Source of the DNA: a virus
Direction: 5' to 3' (one strand)
DNA length: 64,000 nucleotides
IMG/VR virus record: IMGVR_UViG_3300030104_002421
Span: 1-64,000 of that record
Below the pieces are notes generated by a model. The model was not told the origin of the DNA and did not search any database. It saw only the letters and a program-made list of their open reading frames with translations. The position numbers and the translations under genes were made by a program. Shown in pieces: positions 31,099 to 40,636 of this stretch; the stretch's first letter is position 1; every line of letters starts with the position of its first letter.

Positions 31099-31658
31099 AC
31101 TATTTTAAACTCCTTCATATCTGTTATAATATAATTGCCTGCTACACTATATCTTTCTTCATTTGTTTTCAGTATCTTATGTGGTGTGTTAGATAGAAAT
31201 ATTAATAAACTACCTTGTTCAACTGGCATACTATGACTTGTCATGTTGAATATATTATATCCTTTGACTTGTGGTCTTAATCCGTCATTTGGCCACTTTT
31301 GAAACTGACAACTTTCTCCTTTATTTATATACAGTACAAAACTGTATGTTGCGTTATTGTGTATATGTACTTCACCTTCCGTGTTAGGTTCATATTTTGT
31401 TGACCAAGACCTAGTAAGTTTTATTGGCGTATCAAACATCATTACATTATCATTAAACGCTTGTACTTCTTTTTCTACTTGATGTTTTATATATGAAAAT
31501 TTATCAAGTAATTGTTCATCAACAGATTGATAACCAAATTCTATTTTACGATATTCTGTTTTCTTAACCCAATCTATAAATTCTTCCGTTAAATGTATCT
31601 TTGTAAATCCTAAAGGTTTACTGAATAATGGTTGTATTTTCAATTCTTGCGAGTTCAC
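31095..31658 (-). CDS. Putative 2OG-Fe(II) oxygenase (TIGR02466-like)
   Basis: RSW...HIHNN...SFVLYI...PHK...RYSVAGN. Confidence 0.8.
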   Translation of the reverse strand: MNSQELKIQPLFSKPLGFTKIHLTEEFIDWVKKTEYRKIEFGYQSVDEQLLDKFSYIKHQVEKEVQAFNDNVMMFDTPIKLTRSWSTKYEPNTEGEVHIHNNATYSFVLYINKGESCQFQKWPNDGLRPQVKGYNIFNMTSHSMPVEQGSLLIFLSNTPHKILKTNEERYSVAGNYIITDMKEFKIV

Positions 31659-32175
31659 TATCTAATATACCTTTCATTTCAACATTAAAAGATATGATTG
31701 TTTTTTCTTTATCTAATAACATTTTTGGTGCTCTATGTATTGTATGACTAGGAAACATAACAATATCTCCTTCTTTTGCTTTGATAGGAAACACACCTAA
31801 TTCTCTATCATATAATTCTGTTTGTGGTGTACCTTCAGGAAGATTTACATAATAAACACCTGTAAAGTTTCTACCATGTATATGCCAACCGTGTGTAGAA
31901 TTTTCATTGTATGATTGAAACCATATCTCAAATAATTCATAATTTGCATAACCGGCAGATTGTATCATTTCTAATAAATGAGGTTTAAAGAAAGGTAGAA
32001 AAAATTTTACCCAAGGTCTTTCATAATTGTTGGCGATATCCCAATCTGTTTTTGAGATATTATCATTATAGTATTTGTCATTACTTTGTTTTGGTTCTGC
32101 CCAACCATTTTTGATATGTTGTTGTAATTGACTTTTAATTAAAATGTGTTTGTCTAAAGGTAGTTTAATAATCAT
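31618..32175 (-). CDS. Putative 2OG-Fe(II) oxygenase
   Basis: IWFQSY...HGWHIH...FTGVYY...FPSHTIHRAP...KTIISFN. Confidence 0.8.
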   Translation of the reverse strand: MIIKLPLDKHILIKSQLQQHIKNGWAEPKQSNDKYYNDNISKTDWDIANNYERPWVKFFLPFFKPHLLEMIQSAGYANYELFEIWFQSYNENSTHGWHIHGRNFTGVYYVNLPEGTPQTELYDRELGVFPIKAKEGDIVMFPSHTIHRAPKMLLDKEKTIISFNVEMKGILDSELARIENTTIIQ

Positions 32176-32771
32176 TTGTAAGGGTATCCTAGATTCCATA
32201 TTACTAAAGAGTGTCTTACACCCTTGGTAACTGGTGTAACTCTATGTTTAACAAAAGAAGGAAATATACAAATAGACCCTCTTTCTTTTATTTCATTTAC
32301 TTGAAATACACCATTTGGTGTTTCAAACTCTAAATCACCACCCTCATATTCGCCAGGGTGTGATAATTGTAATGTACAGGATAACTTTCTTATCTTACCA
32401 TGATAATTTACATTGTCATTAGTAAAAGGTTGTACATCTTGGTCAGCATGCCAATGATAGTATTGATTTAGTTTATAACGAGTAAATTGTGCAGGTTCTG
32501 AAAAGTCCCAATCAAAGTTCCATTTAGCATTTCTATTTGCTTCATCTACAAGTGGGTGTATCTCACTATAAACCCAAGGTTCTGATATCCAAGATACATT
32601 GCTGTCTCTATGTAGTTTGATTTCTTCTTGTTTTTCCTCTGCTTCCTTTGCAGATATTTGACCTGTAGTAGCAAAATCTTCTTGTAGACCTTGACCAAAC
32701 TGTACAATTTCATCACATATTCTAGGTGGAAGCGCTGCTGTAAAATAATAATAATAGTTTTCCAATATCAT
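32172..32771 (-). CDS. PKHD-type 2OG-Fe(II) hydroxylase
   Basis: WHAD...RKLSCTLQLS...YEGGDLEF...FPSFVKHRVTPVTKGVRHSLV. Confidence 0.9.
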   Translation of the reverse strand: MILENYYYYFTAALPPRICDEIVQFGQGLQEDFATTGQISAKEAEEKQEEIKLHRDSNVSWISEPWVYSEIHPLVDEANRNAKWNFDWDFSEPAQFTRYKLNQYYHWHADQDVQPFTNDNVNYHGKIRKLSCTLQLSHPGEYEGGDLEFETPNGVFQVNEIKERGSICIFPSFVKHRVTPVTKGVRHSLVIWNLGYPYK

Positions 32772-32800
32772 ATAGGTATATATAATGCATAAATAGTCAT
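32772..32800. promoter_or_regulatory. Back-to-back late promoters, both apparently leaderless
   Basis: Plus: CATAAATA 32788-32795, 5 nt, ATG. Minus: TATATATA 32784-32777, 5 nt, ATG. Confidence 0.55.
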
Positions 32801-33628
32801 ATGGCACAGAATAATCCAATTACCACAAGAGAGACTATGAAACAGTATTGCCTACGAGCATTAGGTAAACCTGTTATAGAAATCAATGTAGAAGACGACC
32901 AAGTAGAAGATAGAATTGATGAAGCGTTACAATACTTTGCTCAATACCATTATGATGGCGTTGAAAGAATGTATTTAAAACATGTTGTAACTGCCGCTGA
33001 TATTACAAGAGCAAGGTCAGACGAAACATTGTCAACAGTTACAGATACAGCAGACAGTACGGTCACATCAGTTTGGACAGAAGGTAAGAATTATATACCT
33101 TTGCCATCTAGTGTTATGTCAGTAGTAAATGTATTTCCATTTACAGATAAAGCGGCATTAAACTTGTTTGATGTAAGATATCAATTAAGATTAAATGATT
33201 TGTACGATTTTTCATCTACAAGCATTATACACTATGATATGACATTAAGACATTTAGATTTATTAGACCATATCCTTGTAGGTGAAAGACCTGTAAGATA
33301 TAATATGCATAAAAACAGATTGTATATTGATATGGATTGGGCAAATGATGTAGCAGCAGGTGATTATCTAGTCATAGAATGTCATAGAAAATTAAACCCT
33401 TCTACTTTTACAGATATTTTTGATGATATGTTTTTAAAGAAATATACTATTCAATTAATTAAAAGACAATGGGGTGCTAACTTAATCAAGTTTCAAGGCG
33501 TTGCAATGTTAGGTGGTGTCGCATTAAATGGCGAACAACTATATACACAGGCGCAAGAAGAAATAAATAAACTAGAAGAACAAATACAATTATCATACGA
33601 ATTACCACCACAATATATGGTAGGATAA
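32801..33628 (+). CDS. gp13: Neck protein gp13
   Basis: YCLRALGKPVIEINV...QVEDRIDEALQ...HYDG; KRQWGANLIKF.G. Confidence 0.93.
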   Translation: MAQNNPITTRETMKQYCLRALGKPVIEINVEDDQVEDRIDEALQYFAQYHYDGVERMYLKHVVTAADITRARSDETLSTVTDTADSTVTSVWTEGKNYIPLPSSVMSVVNVFPFTDKAALNLFDVRYQLRLNDLYDFSSTSIIHYDMTLRHLDLLDHILVGERPVRYNMHKNRLYIDMDWANDVAAGDYLVIECHRKLNPSTFTDIFDDMFLKKYTIQLIKRQWGANLIKFQGVAMLGGVALNGEQLYTQAQEEINKLEEQIQLSYELPPQYMVG

Positions 33629-33632
33629 AATC

Positions 33633-34514
33633 ATGCGAAATACTTACTTTTCACATGGCACACGCTCAGAGAAAACCTTATATGAGGATTTAATCATAGA
33701 GCAGTTAAAGATATATGGACATGAAGTTCATTATTTGCCAAGAAAAACTGTTACTGAGGATAAGATATTAGGTGAAACACCTGATAGTACATTTACAGAA
33801 AATTACATGATTGAAATGTATGTTGAAGATGTAAATGGTTTTGCAGGTCAAGGTGATTTAATTGGTAAGTTTGGTTTAGAAGTAAGAGACGAATTGACTT
33901 TCGTTGTTAGCAGGCGTAGTTTTGAAATGCTTGTTGACCAACCATCAAATACAATAGCAATTGATAGACCTGTTGAAGGTGATGTTATCTATATGCCAAC
34001 TTTTAAAAAGTTTTGGCAAGTAGATTTTGTTGAAGATGAGGATCCAATGTATCAAATCAATGATTTACCTATCTTCAAATTAAAATGCTCTGTTTGGGAA
34101 TACTCACACGAATTAGTGGATACAGGCATTACTGAAATTGATGAGAAACTAGAAAATGTATCCCAAGATTTATTACTAAATCAAATTACTTTAGAGGCGG
34201 GTACAACTTCAGCAGGTTCATTATTAGCAGAGGTTACAGATGGTAATGTTGAGGCATTACTTACAGAAACAGGTACAGGCGACTTCTACCTTGTTGATGA
34301 AACAGATAGCGACAATTTAATTCTGGAAGATGACCCTAATTATGTTGACTATATAATACAAGAAGACGCATTAACAGGCAACTTAGCAACGGACACAAGC
34401 GGTGCAAGCAATATAAGTTTTGATGATGAAGCGGGATTAAATGATACTGATACATCAAATGATATATTTGACTTTAGCGAAAAAAATCCATTTGGTGACC
34501 CAAGCGATATATAA
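33633..34514 (+). CDS. gp14: Neck protein gp14 with acidic C-terminal insertion
   Basis: IIEQLKIYGHEVHYLPR; GDLIGKFGLEVRDE; RPVEGDVIY; DFSEKNPFG. Confidence 0.9.
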   Translation: MRNTYFSHGTRSEKTLYEDLIIEQLKIYGHEVHYLPRKTVTEDKILGETPDSTFTENYMIEMYVEDVNGFAGQGDLIGKFGLEVRDELTFVVSRRSFEMLVDQPSNTIAIDRPVEGDVIYMPTFKKFWQVDFVEDEDPMYQINDLPIFKLKCSVWEYSHELVDTGITEIDEKLENVSQDLLLNQITLEAGTTSAGSLLAEVTDGNVEALLTETGTGDFYLVDETDSDNLILEDDPNYVDYIIQEDALTGNLATDTSGASNISFDDEAGLNDTDTSNDIFDFSEKNPFGDPSDI

Positions 34515-34525
34515 AGGAATAAATT

Positions 34526-35341
34526 ATGTTTAAAGACGCACAATACCATGAATTGATTAGAAAAACAATTGTGGCGTTTGGCACATTGTTTAACGATATG
34601 TACATATATCGAAAATCAAGCACAGGTAAAGTTACTCAAAAAATGAAAGTACCTTTAGCATATGGACCCAAACAAAAATTTTTAACAAGAATAGACCAGG
34701 ACTCTGCTCGTTCAGCATCTGACCCGGTTACAACGGCATTAACTTTACCAAGAATAGGTTTTGAATTAACAAGTTTAAGTTATGACCCGGCAAGAAAATT
34801 AAATAGAGTACAGAAATTTAAAAAAGTAAAAGGCGCAGATAGTAAGTCATTACAAAATTCTTACATGCCTGTTCCTTACAATGTAGGTTTTACTTTGTTT
34901 ACTATGGCAAAAAATAGTGAAGACGCTTTACAAATCGTTGAGCAAATACTACCTATGTTTCAACCTGACTATACAGTAGCATTAAATGTTATGCCTAATC
35001 TAGGCATTGTCCGTGATGTTCCTATTGTATTAAATGATGTATCATACGAAGATAGTTATGATGGTGCATTTACTGAAAGACGAGTGTTAATGTACACTAT
35101 GTCCTTTACAGCAAAAATGTATTTATATGGACCTGTAACAAGTACAGGTGTTATTAAACAAGTTCAGGTTGACCAATACACAGACACAAATACAACTACA
35201 GCAAAAAGAGAACAAAGATATGTTGTTAAACCAAACCCAACTACAGCAACCGCTGATGATGATTTTGGATTTACAGAAACAACTTCTTTTTTCCAAGACG
35301 CTGACGACTACGATCCGGATACTGGTACTGATAAACAATGA
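34526..35341 (+). CDS. gp15: Tail sheath stabiliser/terminator gp15
   Basis: IRKTIVAFGTLFND; KVPLAYGPKQKFL; LPRIGFE; QIVEQILPMFQP. Confidence 0.93.
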   Translation: MFKDAQYHELIRKTIVAFGTLFNDMYIYRKSSTGKVTQKMKVPLAYGPKQKFLTRIDQDSARSASDPVTTALTLPRIGFELTSLSYDPARKLNRVQKFKKVKGADSKSLQNSYMPVPYNVGFTLFTMAKNSEDALQIVEQILPMFQPDYTVALNVMPNLGIVRDVPIVLNDVSYEDSYDGAFTERRVLMYTMSFTAKMYLYGPVTSTGVIKQVQVDQYTDTNTTTAKREQRYVVKPNPTTATADDDFGFTETTSFFQDADDYDPDTGTDKQ

Positions 35342-35347
35342 TAGATT

Positions 35348-35749
35348 ATGAAAAAAGTAGAAGACAAGTTAAACGAGATACTTGATATATCTGAAAAGGT
35401 AGAAAAGGTTGAAAGTAAACCAATCATACCCAGACCAAAAGAGGATGAAGATGTATCTGCTGATTACAAGTACAGTAGGGAAAACCTATATAATCTAGTA
35501 GAAAGAGGACAGGACGCCATTGATGGCGCCCTTAATCTTGCAAAAGAAACAGACCACCCACGAGCATATGAGGTTGCAGGCAATCTAATTAAAAATGTGG
35601 GTGATGTAACAGATAAACTTATACAACTACAAGAGAAAAAGAAAAAACTAAATGATGATACTGTGAAAGGTCCTAATAAGGTTGAAAATAACTTATTCGT
35701 AGGTTCTACGGCTGAGTTACAAAAACTTATAAAAAAGAAAGATGGGTAG
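35348..35749 (+). CDS. gp16: Terminase small subunit gp16
   Basis: DYKYSRENLY; HPRAYEVAG; FVGSTAELQK. Confidence 0.92.
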   Translation: MKKVEDKLNEILDISEKVEKVESKPIIPRPKEDEDVSADYKYSRENLYNLVERGQDAIDGALNLAKETDHPRAYEVAGNLIKNVGDVTDKLIQLQEKKKKLNDDTVKGPNKVENNLFVGSTAELQKLIKKKDG

Positions 35750-36356
35750 TATAACTATTAATACTTGGATTAATGATACAAATTTATGGACAACGCCTTT
35801 ATTTAATTGCAATGTACCAATTAAACCTGACTGGTTAAAGTATATCAAAGATAATACAGATAAGTTATGGGACGATACACAAAACCCTAACGGTTCATAT
35901 ACAACAAAAACTGATTTACATACACATAAAATATTTGAACCTTTAAATCAAATATTAAAACAAGTTAGTATTACTACCTTTGGTAAAAATGTAGAAAGTG
36001 TAAAAGTGGCAAACATGTGGGCAAATATACTGAAGCGTGGCGAATATCATTTATTACATACACACAATGAACACACCATGAGTGGTGCATATTACTTAAA
36101 AGTACCAGAAAATTCAGGTCAATTATATTTTAGAGACCCAAGACCAAATAGTAATTCTTGGACACAAAAATTTTTAGATAAAGGTAACATGAGGTTTTTT
36201 GATGTAAAAGAAGGCGACTTATATTTTTGGCCGTCTTTTTTAGACCATGGTACAACACCACACGGTTCTGACGAAGAAAGAATTACAATTAGTTTTGATT
36301 TAGATTATTCAGGACCTAACTATAAATTTGGAGATAACGGATACAATGGACAGTAA
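35742..36356 (+). CDS. Putative 2OG-Fe(II) oxygenase (TIGR02466-like)
   Basis: MWANI...HTH...SGAYYLKVP...FRDPRP...PSFLDHG...RITISF. Confidence 0.85.
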   Translation: MGSITINTWINDTNLWTTPLFNCNVPIKPDWLKYIKDNTDKLWDDTQNPNGSYTTKTDLHTHKIFEPLNQILKQVSITTFGKNVESVKVANMWANILKRGEYHLLHTHNEHTMSGAYYLKVPENSGQLYFRDPRPNSNSWTQKFLDKGNMRFFDVKEGDLYFWPSFLDHGTTPHGSDEERITISFDLDYSGPNYKFGDNGYNGQ

Positions 36357-37986
36357 ATCTTATCTAGGTAATCCTAACTTAAAAGCGGCAAATCAAAAGA
36401 TACGCTTTACAAAAAAACAAGTTAGAGAGTTTTTACAATGTCAGGATAATCCCATATATTTTATTACAAACTATTTAAAGATAGTTACACTAGACCACGG
36501 TCTACAACCATTTAAGTTATATAACTTTCAAAAAGAAATGGTTGATACTTTTCATAATAATCGTTTTAGTATATGTAAACTACCAAGACAAACAGGTAAG
36601 TCAACAACAATTATTGCTTATCTATTACACTATGCAATATTTAATCCTAATGTTAACATTGCAATACTTGCCAATAAGGCGGCGGTTGCTAGAGATTTAT
36701 TAGGTAGATTGCAACTTGCATATGAAAATTTACCAAAGTGGTTACAACAAGGTGTTATAAACTGGAACAAAGGTAGTTTAGAATTAGAAAATGGTAGTAA
36801 GATACTTGCCGCTGCTACATCATCAAGTGCTGTGCGTGGTGGTTCTTATAACATTATATTCTTGGACGAGTTTGCATATGTACCAAACAATATCGCTGAA
36901 CAATTTTTTAGTTCAGTTTATCCTACAATATCTTCTGGTAAAAGTTCTAAAGTAATGATTGTATCTACACCACATGGTATGAATATGTTTTATAAAATGT
37001 GGAATGACGCTGTGCATGAAAGAAATAGTTACAAACCAATTGAGGTTCATTGGTCAGAGGTACCAGGTAGAGATGAGAAATGGAAACAAGAAACAATAAA
37101 GAATACAAGTGAACAACAATTTAGAACAGAATTTGATTGTGAGTTTTTAGGTAGTGTTGATACACTTATTAATAGTGCAAAGTTAAGAACATTATCACAT
37201 AATACACCAGAACAATCTAGTGCCGGTTTAGATATACATGAAATGCCACGAAAAGGTGCAAGATATGTAATGACTGTTGATGTTGCCAGAGGTACTGTAA
37301 ATGATTATTCTGCTTTTGTCGTTATTGACGCAACAAGTATACCATACAAGGTTGTTGCAAAATATAAAAACAATGAAATTAAACCTTTAGTATTTCCACA
37401 AATTATTCATAAGATTGCAACACAATATAATAAGGCAGAGGTCTTAATTGAGGTAAATGATATAGGTGGACAGGTGGCAGATACTATGCAATTTGACCTA
37501 GAGTATGATAATTTGATTATGGTAAATCAAAGAGGGCGTTCAGGTCAGGTTGCAGGTACAGGATTTAGTGGTAAACAAAGTCAACTAGGTGTAAGAACAA
37601 CAAAAGCAACAAAGAAAATAGGGTGTTCAAATCTTAAAGCAATGATAGAACATGATAAACTAATCATACAAGACTTTCATATTATACAAGAATTATCTAC
37701 CTATATATTAAAAGGTAAAGAAAAATACGAAGCGGAAGAAGGGTCAAGTGATGATTTAGTTACTTGTTTAGTTATGTTCGCATGGTTATCAAATCAGACA
37801 TATTTTAAAGAATTGACAGACCAAGATATACGAGCAAGACTTGTAGATGAACAACAAGACGCAATGGACCAAGACATGGCACCCTTTGGATTTATAGATG
37901 ATGGCATAGAAAGTGAAGAAGATAGTAGTTATAAAGACCCTTATGGTACTACATGGTCACCTGTAAAATACAAGAAGGGACTGTAA
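36346..37986 (+). CDS. gp17: Terminase large subunit gp17
   Basis: YLGNPNLK; PRQTGKST; IIFLDEFAY; DVARG; DDLV. Confidence 0.95.
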   Translation: MDSKSYLGNPNLKAANQKIRFTKKQVREFLQCQDNPIYFITNYLKIVTLDHGLQPFKLYNFQKEMVDTFHNNRFSICKLPRQTGKSTTIIAYLLHYAIFNPNVNIAILANKAAVARDLLGRLQLAYENLPKWLQQGVINWNKGSLELENGSKILAAATSSSAVRGGSYNIIFLDEFAYVPNNIAEQFFSSVYPTISSGKSSKVMIVSTPHGMNMFYKMWNDAVHERNSYKPIEVHWSEVPGRDEKWKQETIKNTSEQQFRTEFDCEFLGSVDTLINSAKLRTLSHNTPEQSSAGLDIHEMPRKGARYVMTVDVARGTVNDYSAFVVIDATSIPYKVVAKYKNNEIKPLVFPQIIHKIATQYNKAEVLIEVNDIGGQVADTMQFDLEYDNLIMVNQRGRSGQVAGTGFSGKQSQLGVRTTKATKKIGCSNLKAMIEHDKLIIQDFHIIQELSTYILKGKEKYEAEEGSSDDLVTCLVMFAWLSNQTYFKELTDQDIRARLVDEQQDAMDQDMAPFGFIDDGIESEEDSSYKDPYGTTWSPVKYKKGL

Positions 37987-38052
37987 GATTTTGATAATTA
38001 TAAATAGATGTAAGAACAAATTAACAATTCTTAAATTTAAGGAGAAAACAAG

Positions 38053-40035
38053 ATGGCTTTTTTAGTTTCACCTGGTGTTCTCGTTACGGAAAAGGATCTT
38101 ACTAATGTAGTTCCTGCTGTCTCTACCTCAATTGGTGGTGCAGTAGTAGTTAGTGAGAGAGGGCCAATGGAAGAGGTTACTTTAATCTCTAGTGAGGACG
38201 AATATGTTAGTGTTTTTGGGAAACCAGACACAAGCACATTTGAATATTTTTTTAGTGCAACCAACTTTTTACAATACGGAAATGCCTTAAAAGTGGTTAG
38301 AGCGGCAACAGGTTGCGTAAATGCAGCTGTATCAGGTACACCTGTGCTAATCAAAAACACTACAGACTATCTAAATAATTACTCCACAGGACAAGGAAGT
38401 GTAGGTGCATGGGCGGCTAGAGAAGCAGGCACATGGGGAAATAACTTACAAGTTTCTACTTGTACCAACTCAACGGCATATTCACAAACATTGCCTTCAG
38501 ATAACCTAGTCAATGACGCTGACGCAGCTATTGGCGATACAACCATTACGGTTGATGACGGTGCTGAAATCAATACTGGTGACTTGTTAGAGTTTGGTGA
38601 CATATCAAGCAACTTTACTGCCGCTCCTAGTGGATATTATTATAAAGTTACAGGAAAATCAACACACTTATTAACTATCGCAAGATTTGACCCAGCAACT
38701 GGTGCAACTCAAACAGGTGGTTTAAGACATGCTGTAGCTAACAACGCATATGTTAAGAGATATTGGGAACATTATTTTCAATTCTCAGCGGCACCAACTA
38801 CAACTGATGATGTAAGTAATGCTGGTGGTTCTAATGATGAATTACACATTGCTATCGTTGACCAAGATGGTGGTATCTCAGGTACTGCTGGAACAATTTT
38901 AGAAAAATTTGAAGGACTTTCACAAGCTTCAGACGCTAAAACTGCTCAAGGCGATACAAACTATTATGCTGATGTTATATATCAACAATCACAATATATT
39001 TACTGGATGGATCATCAAACAGTATTATCAACTGCTGGTACTACAAAGGTTGGTACTACTTTTGATAACGCTTCCACTTCAGCTTTTATTGTGTTTAGAG
39101 ACGCATTGACAGGCGGAACTGACGATTTAGTTCCAACTGCTGCTGAATTATCTCTTGCATGGGATAAATTTGGCGACGCTGAAACAGTAGATGTAAATTT
39201 ACTAATAGGCGGTCCATCACAAACTAATGCTGACGCTACGGGTGATACCATGGCAACAAAAGTAATTGATACTGCTGAAGGCAGAAAAGATTGTGTAGCA
39301 TTTATTTCACCTGCGAGAGCAGATGTTGTTAATGTAACTAATCCAATCTCACAGACAGCTAATGTTAAAGCTTTTGCTGATGGTTTATCATCTTCAAGTT
39401 ATGCAGTAATAGATAGTGGTTACAAATATATGTACGACAAATATAATGCCGTATATCGTTTTGTTCCATTAAACGGCGATATCGCTGGTCTATGTGCAAG
39501 AACAGATACAGTAGCAGACAGCTGGTTCTCACCTGCAGGATTTAGTAGAGGTCAAATTAGAGGCGCTATTAAACTTGCATTTGACCCAACAAACGCACAA
39601 AGAGATGAATTGTATAAAGCTAGAGTAAACCCAGTAGTTACATTCCCTGGACAAGGCACAGTCTTGTTTGGTGATAAAACTGCTCAGTCTAAACCTAGTG
39701 CTTTTGACAGAATTAATGTTAGAAGACTATTCATAACTTTAGAGAAGGCGATAGCAACTGCTGCTAAATTCCAACTCTTTGAGTTCAATGATGAATTTAC
39801 AAGAGCGAATTTCAGAAACTTGATTGAACCTTTCTTGCGTGATGTACAAGGTCGAAGAGGTATAACAGACTTTTCTGTTGTATGTGATGAGACCAACAAC
39901 ACTTCAGCGTTAATTGACAGAAACGAATTTGTGGCTGATATCTTTATCAAACCAAATCGTTCAATTAACTTTATTCAACTTAACTTTGTCGCAACACGAA
40001 CAGGCGTAGCCTTTAGTGAAGTGGCAGGCGCATAG
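38053..40035 (+). CDS. gp18: Tail sheath protein gp18
   Basis: FLVSPGVLVTEKDLT; WFSPAG; FDRINVRRLF; TATAAATA at 37999-38006. Confidence 0.96.
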   Translation: MAFLVSPGVLVTEKDLTNVVPAVSTSIGGAVVVSERGPMEEVTLISSEDEYVSVFGKPDTSTFEYFFSATNFLQYGNALKVVRAATGCVNAAVSGTPVLIKNTTDYLNNYSTGQGSVGAWAAREAGTWGNNLQVSTCTNSTAYSQTLPSDNLVNDADAAIGDTTITVDDGAEINTGDLLEFGDISSNFTAAPSGYYYKVTGKSTHLLTIARFDPATGATQTGGLRHAVANNAYVKRYWEHYFQFSAAPTTTDDVSNAGGSNDELHIAIVDQDGGISGTAGTILEKFEGLSQASDAKTAQGDTNYYADVIYQQSQYIYWMDHQTVLSTAGTTKVGTTFDNASTSAFIVFRDALTGGTDDLVPTAAELSLAWDKFGDAETVDVNLLIGGPSQTNADATGDTMATKVIDTAEGRKDCVAFISPARADVVNVTNPISQTANVKAFADGLSSSSYAVIDSGYKYMYDKYNAVYRFVPLNGDIAGLCARTDTVADSWFSPAGFSRGQIRGAIKLAFDPTNAQRDELYKARVNPVVTFPGQGTVLFGDKTAQSKPSAFDRINVRRLFITLEKAIATAAKFQLFEFNDEFTRANFRNLIEPFLRDVQGRRGITDFSVVCDETNNTSALIDRNEFVADIFIKPNRSINFIQLNFVATRTGVAFSEVAGA

Positions 40036-40049
40036 AGAGGAGATAGAAA

Positions 40050-40577
40050 ATGGCTAATGTATCAGACTTTATCTCTAAACTAAAAGGTGGCGGAGCAAGA
40101 CAGAACCAGTTTAAGGTAACTTTACCTTTTCCAGGTTATGCTGCTGTAGGTGGTGAAACAGAAAACATGGCGTTTTTATGTAGTGCTACTCAACTACCAA
40201 GCTCAGAGATAGGTGAATTAACAGTAAACTTCCGTGGTAGACCAATCTACATGGCAGGTGATAGAACATTCCAAACTTGGACTACAACTATCATCAATGA
40301 TACCTCTTTTGATATCAGAAATGCTATAGAAAGATGGTCAAACGGTATCAACAATCATTCAGACAATGAAGGATTATCAAACCCAACTGACTATCAAGTG
40401 GACGCTTTTGTTGACCATTTAGATAGAAGTGGTAACGCTTTGAAATCTTATACATTTAGAGGTCTTTGGCCGCTAACTGTAGGTACTGTTGACCTGAATA
40501 TGGACCAAGTAACGGCACTTGAAACTTTTGAGTGTACTTGGAGATACCAATACTGGGAATCTAACACTACAACTTAA
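40050..40577 (+). CDS. gp19: Tail tube protein gp19
   Basis: GGARQNQFKV; FRGR...AGDRTFQTWTTTIIND. Confidence 0.93.
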   Translation: MANVSDFISKLKGGGARQNQFKVTLPFPGYAAVGGETENMAFLCSATQLPSSEIGELTVNFRGRPIYMAGDRTFQTWTTTIINDTSFDIRNAIERWSNGINNHSDNEGLSNPTDYQVDAFVDHLDRSGNALKSYTFRGLWPLTVGTVDLNMDQVTALETFECTWRYQYWESNTTT

Positions 40578-40585
40578 TCGTTGTG

Positions 40586-40611
40586 AAAAAGGGCGTCCTC
40601 CGGGACGCCCT
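40586..40611. terminator. GC-rich hairpin after gp19
   Basis: GGGCGTCC-TCCG-GGACGCCC; U-tract only on minus strand; abuts CTAAATA late-promoter variant. Confidence 0.55.
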
Positions 40612-40636
40612 AAATATATAAAAAGGAGTAAAAGTA

